Assembly (NCBI GenBank): GCA_025558095.1
Contig: JAIVFI010000034.1
Span: forward strand, 124,001 to 188,000
Direction of reading: 5' to 3'
DNA: 64,000 nt
From: Hyaloraphidium curvatum SAG 235-1
Lineage: Eukaryota; Fungi; Monoblepharomycota
The notes under the pieces are model-generated. The model had not been told where the DNA came from. It worked only from the letters and a program-made list of their open reading frames with translations, and searched no databases. Positions 11,554 to 23,301 of this stretch are shown one piece after another (the first letter of the stretch is position 1; each line of letters starts with the position of its first letter). The position numbers and the translations under genes were made by a program.

Positions 11554-12265
11554 ATGTGGAGGACCGCGTGAGGCGTAGCAATCTCAAACAGGGCCTCTTG
11601 ATTACACCGTCTCTGCGTCCAGGGGTTCATCCTTGTCGAAGCCCAAAGAGAAGGGACTCGAGTCCAAGGGATGGACAAGGCGGCATTACGATTGCCTGGA
11701 GGGCGCCTGGGCGCGCATCTGGATCTTTTTCGGGGACGAGAGCCGTCCGCGGTACAGCCTACGGTGCGTGGTTCCGGCGCCGATTGCGCAGCTGGAGCGC
11801 GCCGATCAGGAAGCCTGGCTCAGGGACAAGAACGACGATCCCCGCAGCTACTTCCACGAGGTGGGAACTTTGCGTCGCGTCTTGGACTGGCCCAGACATG
11901 ACTGACCCGCACCGGGCATCCAGCAAACCACGACTTCCGGGATCCGCATGAGGTTCGAGTACCACCGTTCGGACGACTTTGTCTGCGGGGTGGATCTGGA
12001 GTCCATCCGTCTCCTCTACGTGCTTCTGAAGCGCTGGTGGAGTAGGTGGGCGCTCTCGCGCGCGTCGGTGAAACCCCCACCCGAAGGCGATGCCGGATTC
12101 TGGGGCACCACACCCGTGGACAGCACGGACAACGGCATCTGCCGCCTTTGCCACATGGCGGGGCCCGAGGACGAGGGGCACGAAAGGAGCGATTGTCCCA
12201 ACAGATGGAAGCCCCTGAATGCCGACGGGAAGGACGAGGTCTTGATCGGCGGGTTAGGCCAATGA
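11554..12265 (+). CDS. Small hypothetical protein with a C-terminal CCHC zinc-knuckle-like motif; putative 3 exons
   Basis: Putative introns 11568-11622 and 11861-11923 (CTGAC branch point, CAG acceptor) join ORFs 11633 and 11948 in frame; CRLCHMAGPEDEGHERSDC. Confidence 0.5.
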
Positions 12266-12452
12266 GTTCTCGTGGTTGGTATCTTGTGTAAGCTATTGCA
12301 AAGACGATAAGCGCGGTGGAGCAGCCCAGTTGTTTATCCCCCGTTCCTCATCATCCGCCGGCACTTCTCAGAGAAACTGCTCGCAAGCTGCTTTCCTTTC
12401 TTCCTGAGTCCAATCCTGCTCCAGCGACTTTGCCTTCGGACTCTTTTGCGCG

Positions 12453-12971
12453 ATGGAGATCCGCGATGCCGCCGCGGGAGACATCCCCGCGATTACCGCC
12501 ATCTACGCGTCGCACGTGCTCCACGGCACCGGCACCTTCGAGGAGATTCCTCCCTCGGAATCGGACATGCTAACCCGCATGGAAGGCGTGCAGAGCCAGG
12601 GATGGCCGTGGCTCGTGGCCGAGGACGCGTCGGGTGTCCTGGGCTACGCGTATTTCGCGCAGTTCCGGCCGCGGTCTGCTTATCGGCACACGGCAGAGAA
12701 TGCAATCTACGTCCGCGCGGACGCACAGCGGCGCGGCGTGGGCGGGGCGCTGCTAAGGGCGCTGCTGGAGAGGGCCGAGAAAGCGGGGTTCCGCCAGATT
12801 CTCGCCGTCATCGGGGATTCGGGCAATGCGGGCAGCATCGGACTGCATGGTTCTTTGGGATTTCGGCACGTCGGCGTCTTCAAGTCGGTCGGGCTCAAGT
12901 TCGGGCGCTGGCTCGACGTGGTGATGATGCAGAAGGAGCTCGGGGAGGGCCATGCGACGATGCCGAGCTAA
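12453..12971 (+). CDS. GNAT N-acetyltransferase, phosphinothricin/methionine-sulfoximine acetyltransferase (Pat/YncA) family; intronless
   Basis: GTFEEIPP, FRPRSAYRHTAENAIYV, QRRGVG (acetyl-CoA motif A), VGLKFGRWLDVVMMQ. Confidence 0.92.
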   Translation: MEIRDAAAGDIPAITAIYASHVLHGTGTFEEIPPSESDMLTRMEGVQSQGWPWLVAEDASGVLGYAYFAQFRPRSAYRHTAENAIYVRADAQRRGVGGALLRALLERAEKAGFRQILAVIGDSGNAGSIGLHGSLGFRHVGVFKSVGLKFGRWLDVVMMQKELGEGHATMPS

Positions 12972-13302
12972 CTAGTTGATGCTCTGAGGCTACTCGAAGG
13001 TCGAAGACGGCAAAGAAAGCGCCGTATGATGTTACAAGTGCTTTGGCGTCGAACGGCCACAAAGGCGGAAGCCCCTATAGTGGCTACCGGTTCCGAGTTC
13101 CGATGCCCGGCTCCGCCCCAGGATCACATGCATCGCCGACCATCCGAGCATCTTCAGACAAATGAGATTCCATTGCGAACATAGTTCCCCGCTTTACTTC
13201 CTTCAACTATTGTTGCTGCTCGTGCAAGTTCGGCCGGGCGTTCGGATCGATCGGACTCCGCACTGGTAAACCTTTTTCCATCCGCCCACCCCGTCCCCCA
13301 CG

Positions 13303-14327
13303 ATGCCCGGCACCGCTGCGCCCGCCGCCGCGCTCCTTGCCGCTGCCGCCATGTCTTTTGTCCAGGCCGCCCACGCAGGTGAGCGCGCGCGCGATGTTCC
13401 GCGGCCGCCGGCTCATTGTGCCGCCAGCTCCCCGAGTGTTCGCGGGCGACGAGGACGTCGCGCGGCTGGTCCGGCTGCACAGGCGGCAGGGCGAGTCGCC
13501 GCAGGGAGGTGCGTCCGCTGCCCGCCGTGCCGCCCGCCCCCCCCTGACCCCGCCGTGCCGTCGTCGCCAACCCGCCCCGCCTGAACGCCCGACCCCCAGC
13601 CGCTATCATCATCGCCCTGATTATCGTCGGCGTCGTCGCCCTCGTCATCGGGCTCACCTTCGTCTGGCTGCGCGGGAACAAGAAGAGGCAGGCGTGGTGC
13701 CGGAAAAACTTCTGCTGCTGCCTGCCCCCGCCGAAGGAGATCCCGGACGACGCGCCCGTCTACAACGGATATGTGGGTTACCGTGGCGGCGATCCGCAAC
13801 CTTCAGTGGCCTGACTGCCGCGCCCCTGCCGAATTTTCCTCCGCCGCCTCCCCCGCCAGGGCGAGCGCATTGATCCCACCGCCAAGGTCGAGCTGCCCCA
13901 GTGGCAGGTCGAGCAGCAGGCCGCGGGCAAGATGTCCGCCGCCGAGGCCATCGCGCTCATGGAGCAGCAGGCAAAGCAGGGCCAGGTGCAGGGCGCCAAC
14001 CTTGCCTTCGAGGTCCCGTCGGTGCAGGCACTCCAGCAGACCACGGGCTACCACGCCGAGGAACTGCGCGGCACCAAGGTCGCCGCGGATCTGGGCCTGG
14101 AGGAGGCCGCCGCCAAGGCGTCGGCCGCCGTGCCTGAGGCCGTCGAAGACGCCTCGGCGGCCGTCGCCGGCGCCGCCGGGCAAGGAACCAAGATCGCCAG
14201 CGACGCTGTGAACCAGGGGGCCCAGGCCGTGACTGACGCCGCCAACCAGGGCGTGCAGGCCGTCAACAACGCCGTGAACCAGGGAGCCGATGTGGTGACC
14301 CAGGCTGCCGCGACGGTCACCAAGTAG
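13303..14327 (+). CDS. Single-pass membrane protein with a juxtamembrane Cys cluster and C-terminal 11-mer repeats; spliced
   Basis: Signal-like N-terminus, TM IIIALIIVGVVALVIGLTFVWL, WCRKNFCCC, tail (DAVNQGAQAVT)-like x3; GT-AG introns near 13359, 13509 and 13773. Confidence 0.65.
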
Positions 14328-14510
14328 AGGGACTGATCTCTTCGCCAATCACTTGACTGGTTATGGGCTCGCGCGAGCTTTGTGAAATCGTACCATGTAT
14401 GAAGCCGAAAGATACACGCCTTAGGTCATCGCAGTCGGCCGTCCTCCGGGGAGGGAAGGTCGCTGGGATCGAATGTTCGTCGTTCGGCTTTCCCTCCCTG
14501 ACACTATACG

Positions 14511-16443
14511 ATGTCTCCCGCGCCGGACCCCACGATTCCGTACGATGGAGACCCGGAACATCCGGTGGACCCGTCTTGTATGGACTCTGAAGAAACGGTC
14601 GCGGTTGCGTCGGGCCCGCGAGGGTCCGATGGGCCAGGGATACCGCCTCCGTCCGTCATCTCCGAGGAGGACGTCGGGGATCCCCCGCCCAAAGAGGAGC
14701 CCATCTCGGCATCGGAAAAGCGGGACAAGGATCCCGAGGGGGCAGCGCCGGGTTCCGCACCGGCATTACCCCCCACGGACGTCGGCTATGTGGGTGGCCG
14801 TGTCTTCCGGGCGTCGAGCACCCGCTGAAGGAGACTCGCTGCAGGCCTGGGTCATCGTCGCGTGCTCCTTCTTGATGCAAGCGTTCACGCTGGGCATGCA
14901 GGTCTCCTTCGGACCTTTTCTCCGTGAGCCTCCATCGCCCACGCACGTCGCGCCCGAGTCCTCACGACGGTGCCTCTCCTTTCGTCCTCCGACCAACTCG
15001 ATGGCTCTCATCATCACCACGCTCGCTGGACTTTTCTCCAGGTTATTTCCTCAACAACCAGACCTTCGGCACCTCCTCTAACCTGCAGCTCGCCCTCGTC
15101 TCCTCCCTGTCCTCCGGGATAACATTTGCCGCCGGCCCCTGGACGGGCCGCCTCGCCGAAAAGATCGGCTTCCGCACCACGGCCGCCATCGGTGCCCTCC
15201 TCGTCTGCTCCGCGCTGCAGATCGCGAGCCTGGCGACCCAGCTCTGGCACCTGTACCTCTCCTTCTCCCTGATCGGCGGGATCGGCGTCTCGTTCAGCTT
15301 CATCCCCGCGGCGGCCATCGTCCCGCAGTGGTTCCAGAAGCGGATGGGCCTGGCGATCGGGATCTCGGTGGCAGGGAGCGGGATCGGCGCCCTGGTGCTG
15401 AACCCGCTGCAACAGCTCATGATGGACCGGCTCTCTTGGCAGTGGGCGTTCAGGGTGGACGGTTTCATTTCGCTGGTCATGGGCCTCGTCGGAGCGGCTC
15501 TGATCCGGACTCGGTTGCCCCACGTGGCGAGGAAAGCGGGGATCAAGAACATGTTTGACGTGGGTTGTTGTGCATGCCTGATTTCTTGAAAGGAGGTTGA
15601 CTAGAGGCGGGCACGCCTGCTCGACCAGTTTGGGCGCTTCAAAGACTTCACCTTTGTCCGAGTTTATGTAATGTGCTTGGTGTCTGGACTCGGGGTAGGT
15701 TTCCAGACGCCTTTCGTGAGAAACACCATTCCCTAATCAGCTCCCATACAGTATTTCGTAGTGTTTTTGTTTCTCCCAGCGTATGGCGGAACGATCGGTG
15801 TGAGCCCGAGCTTGGCCGCGCTCACGGTCGGAATCGCCAACGGGGTCGGGGCCTTTGGCCGGATCTTCACGGGGTGTGTAACCCTTCCTCCACCTGCGCA
15901 ACTTATCGGCGCTAACGCCTCCTTTCCAGCTTCATCGCCGACTACGTCGGCGCCATGAACGTCTGGCTCGCGAGCTTCTACGTTGCATCCCTCCTGGTCC
16001 TGCTGCTGTGGACCAACGCCAAGGTGTTCGGGGTCTACCTGACCTTTGCCATCCTCTTCGGGCTCGCGGGCAACAGCTACACCAGCCTGTACACGCTGAA
16101 CGCGGCGAGGATCTGGGGAGCGCAGGGGCAGGCGAGCCTCCTGGGGCTGCTGTACACCGCGTTGATCTGGTAGGTGGCTTCCGACCCCTGGCCCCCGCCG
16201 TGCCTCATCTAGTCATCGTGTTTCAGGGGCTCGCTGCTCGGACCCGTGATCGGGGGCGGCATCCTCGACGCCGGGGCGACGACCGCGCCGGACGGGACAA
16301 AGACCTTCAACTACCTCGGCCTGCAGCTCTTTTCCGGCTTCACGCAGCTCGCCGGCGCCACCATCCTGCTCTGGGTGCGCATCGAGTTCGGCGCCAAGAA
16401 GGGCGGAAAGGGCTGGTGGAACGGGTTGTGGATGAAGATCTGA
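14511..16443 (+). CDS. MFS transporter, monocarboxylate porter (MCH-like) family; spliced
   Basis: AWVIVACSF, GRLAEKIGFR (motif A), QWFQKRMGLAIG, GAFGRIFTGFIAD; multiple TM segments. Confidence 0.88.
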
Positions 16444-16569
16444 GCCCCTGCCTCTCTTGAAGGGGCCAGGGATCCGGCGCGAAAGAGACAGAGCGTTCCA
16501 TTCGCACTAGCTAGATCCAGAATACAAAACGCAAATAGGTCCTTTTTCGCCCGGACCGCGCCGGCATAA

Positions 16570-19500
16570 TCATCCCTCGGACCCGCCCATGCGCGCCTGC
16601 AGCTCGCCCCAGAACCGCTTCAGGGTGGCGACGAGCTCGGGGACCTTGAGCGGCTTGCCCAGGAAGCCGTCCTGCAAGCAGACGTCAAGGGCTGTCCGTG
16701 GCGAAGTGGCAAGAGGACCCACCATCCCGACCTCGAGGCACTTGTCCTGATCCTCCTGGAACACGCTGGCGCTCATCGCCACGATGAACGGCTGCAGCCT
16801 CGCCGCGCCGCTCAGGTCGGGCGACTTGCGCAGGAGCTCCGTCGCTTCGAACCCGTCGCAGATCCTGGCGGCACGAACGTCAACTTCCGGCATCCCGAAC
16901 TCAGCGGCGGGGCCACCCACGGCATCTGCACGTCCATGAAGACGAGGTCGAACGGGTTCCCGAGCTTGGCGGCCTCGACGACCTTGTCGTAGCACTCCTT
17001 GCCGTTGCCCGCCACCACCGTGTCCTTGTACCCGAGCTTGGACAGCAGCCGGAGGATGAGCTTCTGGTTCAGCGGCTGCCCGTGACTGCGCGTCAGCACC
17101 GCGCGGCGAGCGCAACGGAATGCGCGGCCCACGTTGTCCTCCGCCACGATCAGCCGCAGCGGCGCGTTGTACGCCACCTCCCCCTGCTCCGCCCCGGAGA
17201 TGCCCTGCGCCGCCGCGAACCCCAGCTTCCTCGGCGGCTGGGCCGGACCGTCGGCCGACCCCGTCGCGCTGTTCGCCAGGCTCCCCGACGAAACGCGCCT
17301 GACCACCTCGGGCGGCACCGCCAGCGGCACCTCGAAAAAGAAGCGCGACCCCGAGCGCCCCGGCTCGTCCGAACTCTCGACGTCCATGCGCCCGCCCATG
17401 AGCTCCACCAGCCCCTTGCTGATGGCCAGCCCGAGCCCCGTGCCGCCGAACTTGCGCGAGATGCTCGCGTCCGCCTGCGCGAAGCTCTGGAACAGCTTGG
17501 CCCTCCCGGCGGCGGAGATCCCGATCCCCGTGTCGCGCACGGAAAAGGCGACCATGTACGACGGCGGGCGCTCCGGCGGGGCGAGGGAGCCCGAGGCGCC
17601 AGCGCCGCCGCCGGAGGAGCCGCTGCCCCCGGAGAGCCGGCCGAGGTTGCTGCCCGGCCTGCCCGGCGCCGCCGCGACGCCGCCGCTCGACACGCGGAGC
17701 TCGACGTGCCCGCCGGAGGGGGTGAACTTGAGCGCGTTGGAGAGCATGTTGTTGAGCACCTGCCGCCGGCCGTGAGACGCGCCGCCGCCGGGCCGCCGCG
17801 CGAAACGCACCTGCTTGATCCTCTCCACGTCCCCCGTCACCACCCTCGGCACCCCCTCCTCCACCTCGGCATCCACCCTCACCCCCTTCCTCGTCCCCTG
17901 CATCTTCCAGATCATCCCCAGGGAGCCCACCACCTCCCTCAGGTCGAACGCTGCGAGCTCCAGCTCGGCCTTGCCGGCATCCAGCTTGGACCAGTCGAGG
18001 AACTCGTTGACGATCGAGTGCAGCGATTCGGAGCAGTCCCGGATGGCCTTGAGCAGGTCCCGCTGGTCCTGCGACAGGCCGGGGGTGACGTCCAGCAGCG
18101 CCGCGAAGCCGAGGAGGCCGTGCAGCGGGGTGCGGACCTCGTGGCTGATGGTGGACTGCGGGCCGACGGTCGGTCCGTCAGCCCGGGGAACCGACCGCGC
18201 CGGCATCCGCGGGAGGGACCCACCAGGAAATCCGCCTTCTGCCTGACCTCCCTCTCCCTCGCCTTTGCCCTCTCCTCCACCCTCTGCATCTCCCGCTGCA
18301 ACCCCGTCACGTCGTACATCACGAACCCCGCCCGCGTGCGGTCGCCCATCCTGAGCGTCGGATGGCCCGCCACGGCCGGGCCGGGGGCGGTGGGCGTGCC
18401 CGGGGGCAACGGGTAGCACGTGGTGCTCCACAGCCGCCCGGTGTCGGAGGGCGGGGGGGTGCCGGGGGTGTCGGCGGAGGGGTGGGGCGAGTAGTCGAAG
18501 CGGTAGGCGCGGACCATGCTGCGCGCGGATTCGAGGCCCGGGGGGTGGGTGCCGCCGCTGTTGCGGCGCTCGGGGAGGGAGGGGGCGGGGGTGGTCGCGT
18601 CGACGATGAAGGGCGAGTCGTCGCGCGGGTACTGCACGGAGCGGAGCATGTGGAGGTAGGTGAGGAAGGAGGCGTGCAGGGCCGGGGGAAGGGGCGCGCG
18701 GAGGGCGGAGGGGTGGAGGGTGCCGCCGGGGAGGGAGGGCGAGGCGGGGGTGCGCGGACCCGGGTGCAGGCTGCCGGTCGGGGAGAAGGCAGGCGGGAGG
18801 CCGGGGAAGAGCAGGCCGGCCTGGAGGGAGGGGGAAGAGGCGGAGACGGAGATGAAGCCGGGCGGGCCGCCGTCCATGGGCACGTGGCTCTCGAAGCGGT
18901 CCGCGCGCGCGGCGGCGGCGGTCCGGTGCGTGACCGCGTTGGCGGTCGGCGTGGTCATGCTCTCGGTGGAGCCGGCGCGGTGCACGCCGGAAAAGTAGTC
19001 CGTCGGCTCCGCGAACGCCGGCGGTTTGGGCGCGGGGAATGGGGGCAGATCGTCCTCGACGCCGTCGAGGTCGTCCGCCGAGATCCACGCGGCGCCAGAG
19101 GAGGACGCCATGGAGAGGGCGCCGCTCGCCGCCAGCGTGGACTGGCGCAGCGGGTGGCCGGTCGGCGGCCCGGGAGACGCCGCGGCAAAGGGGTTCAAGG
19201 AAGGCGAATAGAGGGGGGGCGCGAGGGCGCGCATGGCGGCCATCGCCGCGCGTGTCCGCGGAGTCATGTTCGGGTCGTCCGGCGAGGGGAAGGCCTGGCC
19301 GGGGGGGAGGTAGCCCGGCACGCCGACGGCGTAGGGGTTCGAGCACTCGACGAGCGTGACGTGGTGCCCGTCGTCCGAGAGCTCGATGATGCCGTGGACG
19401 AGCGGCATCGTGTGGAGGTACCTAGCCAGTGGGGGCGCGTTCAGCGGGTCGATTACTCAGGAATCGAAGCCGGCACCCACCTGTTCTTTCTTTCCACCTC

Positions 19501-20250
19501 GCTGGCCTTTGCGGCAAGCTGCTCCTTGAGGCGCGCGACCTCCGCCTCGAGCTCCCGCTCGCGGTCCGACGCGTGGGCCGGGTTGGCCGCGTACTGCGCC
19601 CCCGGCAGCGGGCCCGGCGAGCGCGGGAAGCCGCGGCCGAGGTCTGCACCGAATGTCCGAATGCCGTAGGGGAACAGCGGCGGGAAGTTTGGCACGAAGG
19701 ACGGCCGCTGGGCGGGCGGGCCGGGCCGCGCAGCCCTCGCGTCAGCCCGCTGCGGCGGTCCCGGCGGCCCGCCGTCCAGCTGAGAGGCGTCCTGTGTGGC
19801 GGCGGGGGGCTCGTCGGGCCCGCCGCCCGCGCCGCCGAAGGGGAACCCGCGCCGGCCGCCCGCCGCCGCGCCCCCCGCCGCCCGCCGGCCGCCCGCCGCG
19901 CCGCTGAGACAGTCCGCCGCGTCGGTTATGCCGCCGATCAGGGGCCCGCCCGGCCCGCCCAGGCCGGCAAAGGGGTTCGCCGCCGCGCCGCCCGCGTCCC
20001 CCCGCGCGCCCACGCCGCCCGCCGCGCCCCCCAGCGGCCCGGCCAGCCGCCCTTCCCCGGCAGCGGGGCTCAGGTCCAGCGCCGCCACCGCGGCCGCCGC
20101 CTCGTCGTCGCCCGCCACCAACCCGGACGCGCCGGCAAGCGTCCGCGACGAGCCCGCGTGCCCCACTCCGGAGCCGTCGGCAGCCTCCCCCTTGGCCGCA
20201 TACAGCGCCTCGAGCGCCGCCTGCACCGTGTCGCCGCCGCCGCCGCCCAT
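16570..20250 (-). CDS. Hybrid histidine kinase (PAS-like, HisKA, HATPase_c, receiver); spliced
   Basis: ISHEVRTPLHG (H box), NMLSNALKFT (N box), VRDTGIG (G1), GGTGLGL (G2); receiver IVAEDN..., VFMDVQMP, FLGKP. The start codon at 20250 is inferred. Confidence 0.9.
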
Positions 20251-21019
20251 CGCGGCTGGTCGGCGGCCGGCGATGACCGTAGGGACGTCCACCGATCGAA
20301 GCGGGCACCGGCAAAAAGGCCCTAACCCCGCACAGCCTCCGACCGCCGCCGCCGTCCGCCGCTTCTCGATCCGGAATGCGGGGCGCTGGAGAGGCACCGG
20401 CGAGCGGAGAAGCGGCCTGGACGTCGCAGGGGATTGGAGGCGGCGCGGGGTGATCGGCCGCCCACCTGGCACTTGGCAGCACGGGCACTGCGAGGTCGAG
20501 TTCCCATGATCGCCGCCCTTGCTGATGCGGATCTGGAGAAGACCAGCTGGGAGCTGAGTAGTCGAACTTCGTGCCTGATGAAGTCGATGAAGGTGATGGC
20601 GGTGGTCTGCCCTTCCTTGAACCTGGGCCCCACCGAGCCTCCCACCCCTTCGCAGTTCGAAACATCGACGCCCGGTTGCGGCGCCGGTTGATGTGTTTGA
20701 CGTGCATCCATGGCCCAGGAAGCACGGCATGCCCGCGACCCGGCCTAACCATCCCACGCTCCTCCGTTCGTTCGTCCGCAAAGGCGCCGACCGGCACATC
20801 CCACCCCGATCGGCCCATCCCCCTCCAACCAGCCATCCACGCCATCCACCATCGTCGCCCGTCCTCCCTGGCCCCGCCACCGGGCCAACTCCCTCGGCAC
20901 CCGGGTGTTTGTGGGACCGAATCCCACCCCCTTGGCTCCACAGCCACTCGCGACCGCCAGCGCACCCCCCTGCCGTCAACGTACCGGCGTCGTACGGTCG
21001 GCCGCGATGTCGGCACGGC

Positions 21020-22624
21020 ATGCAGAGCGCGCGGCGGTTGCGGCGGCGCGGCGCGTCGGCCTCCCCGGCGCGGCCGAGGGTGCGCCGCGGGCCGCGCCGG
21101 GTGCGCCTCTCCCCCCCCGTCCCGCCCGCGGGCCGCTCCATGCGCCCTCTGCGGCGCGCCCCGCGGTTTCCTGGCGGCCGATGTGCGGCGCCGAGGGGCG
21201 GAGGTGGCTCGGCGGCGTGGCGGCGGGGGCCGGCGCGGGGAAGCCACACCGCAGCGGGGGGGACGGGCCCGCGGGGGCCGCGAGGCGGTACAGCTCGTAC
21301 AAGGGGGAAATCGACGGCTCCGGAGGTGAATTCGCTCGTCCCGGCGGTCGTCGCGTTCCCCGACCCCCCATCGCCCCCTCCAGCACCCCCGCCCTCCTCC
21401 CCTCCCTCCTCCCCCCCTCCGGGCCCGAGCAAACCCCCCGCTCCCCCCCGCAAGAAGGTCACCGTCTCCACCCTCTCCCGCCTCAAATCCCAGGGCGTCC
21501 CCATCACCATGATGACGGCGTACGACTACCCCTCGGCCATGCTGGCGGACCGCGCGGGGGTCGACGTGTGCCTGGTGGGGGACAGCCTGGGCATGGTGGC
21601 GCTGGGGATGAAGGGCACCGAGGGGGTGACGCTGGACGTGGGTTTTCCGCCGCCGGAAGCGGGGATGGAGGCTGACCTGCGCCGCGACGCTTCCCGCCCG
21701 CTCCGGCGCGATCAGATGATGGTGCACCACACCCTCGCCGTCTCGCGGGGCCTCTCCCCCGCCGGCCCGCTGCTCCTAGCAGACCTCCCCTTCGGCAGCT
21801 ACGAGTCGTCCCCCGACGCCGCGATCCGGTCCACCCTCCGCCTGGTCCAGGAGGGGAACGCCGAAATGGTCAAGATGGAGGGGGGCGAGGAGATCTGCGG
21901 GAGCGTGGAGGCGGTCGGCGGGAAGCTGGGGGCGGCGGTGTGCGGGCATGTGGGGCTGATGCCGCAGAGGTGGGCCGCGGGCGGGGCGGTGGGCCGTCGT
22001 GCGGTTGACCGAGCGCATTCGCTCGCCGCCCACAGGAGCGGCAAGGTCGGCGGGTACAAGGTGCAGGCCAAGACCGCCGACAAGGTGGCTCCACCCGGGC
22101 TCGAGGCCACTTTCCACCACCTGACCCCCCCGTCCAGGCCATCTCCCTCGTCAAGACCGCCCTCGCCCTCCAATCCGCCGGTATCGCCCTCCTCGTCCTC
22201 GAATGCATCCCCCCCGCCGTCGCCGACGCCATCACCCGCCTCGTCGACGTGCCCACGGTCGGCATCGGCGCCGGGCCGCGGGCCGACGGGCAGGTGCTGG
22301 TCTTCGCGGACGCGCTGGGGCTGTCGGCGGGGAGGAAGCCCAAGTGGGTCCCCGTTTCCGGCGGGCGGTCGGGAGGTGCTGATCCCGTGCGCGCGCGGCA
22401 GGTTCGCAAAGGTCTACGCGGACCTGTCCGTCCCGATCGAGGCGGCGCTCCGGGAGTACGCGGCCGAGGTGCGCGCGCGGAGCTTCCCGGAGATGGGCGC
22501 GCACACGTACGCGATGGAGTCGCCGGAGGACGAGGCGGAGCTGCGGGAGTGGACCGAGGCCGAGGTCAGGAAGAAGGAGGAGAGGGAGAGGGAGGAGGCT
22601 AGCAGGGCGAGGAGGGGGAGGTGA
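21020..22624 (+). CDS. panB: 3-methyl-2-oxobutanoate hydroxymethyltransferase (PanB/Ecm31); spliced, with an Arg-rich N-terminal presequence
   Basis: MMTAYDYPSA, LVGDSLGM, ADLPFGSY, VKMEGG, GHVGLMPQ, GIGAG...DGQVLV. Confidence 0.92.
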   Translation: MQSARRLRRRGASASPARPRVRRGPRRVRLSPPVPPAGRSMRPLRRAPRFPGGRCAAPRGGGGSAAWRRGPARGSHTAAGGTGPRGPRGGTARTRGKSTAPEVNSLVPAVVAFPDPPSPPPAPPPSSPPSSPPPGPSKPPAPPRKKVTVSTLSRLKSQGVPITMMTAYDYPSAMLADRAGVDVCLVGDSLGMVALGMKGTEGVTLDVGFPPPEAGMEADLRRDASRPLRRDQMMVHHTLAVSRGLSPAGPLLLADLPFGSYESSPDAAIRSTLRLVQEGNAEMVKMEGGEEICGSVEAVGGKLGAAVCGHVGLMPQRWAAGGAVGRRAVDRAHSLAAHRSGKVGGYKVQAKTADKVAPPGLEATFHHLTPPSRPSPSSRPPSPSNPPVSPSSSSNASPPPSPTPSPASSTCPRSASAPGRGPTGRCWSSRTRWGCRRGGSPSGSPFPAGGREVLIPCARGRFAKVYADLSVPIEAALREYAAEVRARSFPEMGAHTYAMESPEDEAELREWTEAEVRKKEEREREEASRARRGR

Positions 22625-23301
22625 TGGGTCTTGGGCACGGTTGCTCTTCATCTTGGGCTCTTTCGGAAGGATACATGCAATTCAACTCCTTTGCTTTTCT
22701 TTGCTGCCGAACGGCCGTGCGGGCAGCGGGCTGCTGGACCATCGTCTGTCCCGTGCCTAGATCGATGATCAGATCTAGCACGCATCCGCGGGCTCCAAGG
22801 ACAGGAACACGGGGAATAGCATCTAGTCGTAGTCCATTTGGCGAATACGCGGTGTGCAACGGCCGGACTTTTGAGGATGGACAGTGCACCGAACCCAACT
22901 TCCAAGTGATTGCTCCCCACTGCGCCACAGCCGTCAATCCTCCTACCTGCCGCGCCCGCGCCGCAGCAGGTCCGCCACCACGCTCGACACGAGGGTCCCG
23001 TTCAGCAGGTAGCGCTTTGCCAGGACCTGCAGGCGGCCGATCCTCCTGCGAGTTCCCTCGCCCACCGCGCACGAAAAGACGTCGTCGGTGTTGACCAGGG
23101 GGTTGTCGAGGTTGAAGTAATCGCATCGATCTTCCTGAGGGAAGGGGGAACGCCGTGCCGGAACGCTCTGGTGTCCAGGTAGGTGGTGCACCGGAGCTGC
23201 TGGGGGCAGCAACCGACCGATCTGGACCCGGAATCTTTCCACGCCGGCGCCGACATCCGCCCGTCCGCCGCGCTGGCGTAAATTGCCTGCCCGTTGCGGC
23301 A

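Noticed and set aside
12969-13080. TAA-CTA readthrough context after the GNAT gene (cryptic peroxisomal isoform)
   Set aside because: The stop is TAA rather than TGA, and the extension ends in EAL, not a PTS1.
22625-23300. Short ORFs between panB and the lipase
   Set aside because: No consistent splice model, codon bias or motif; at most a decayed fragment.
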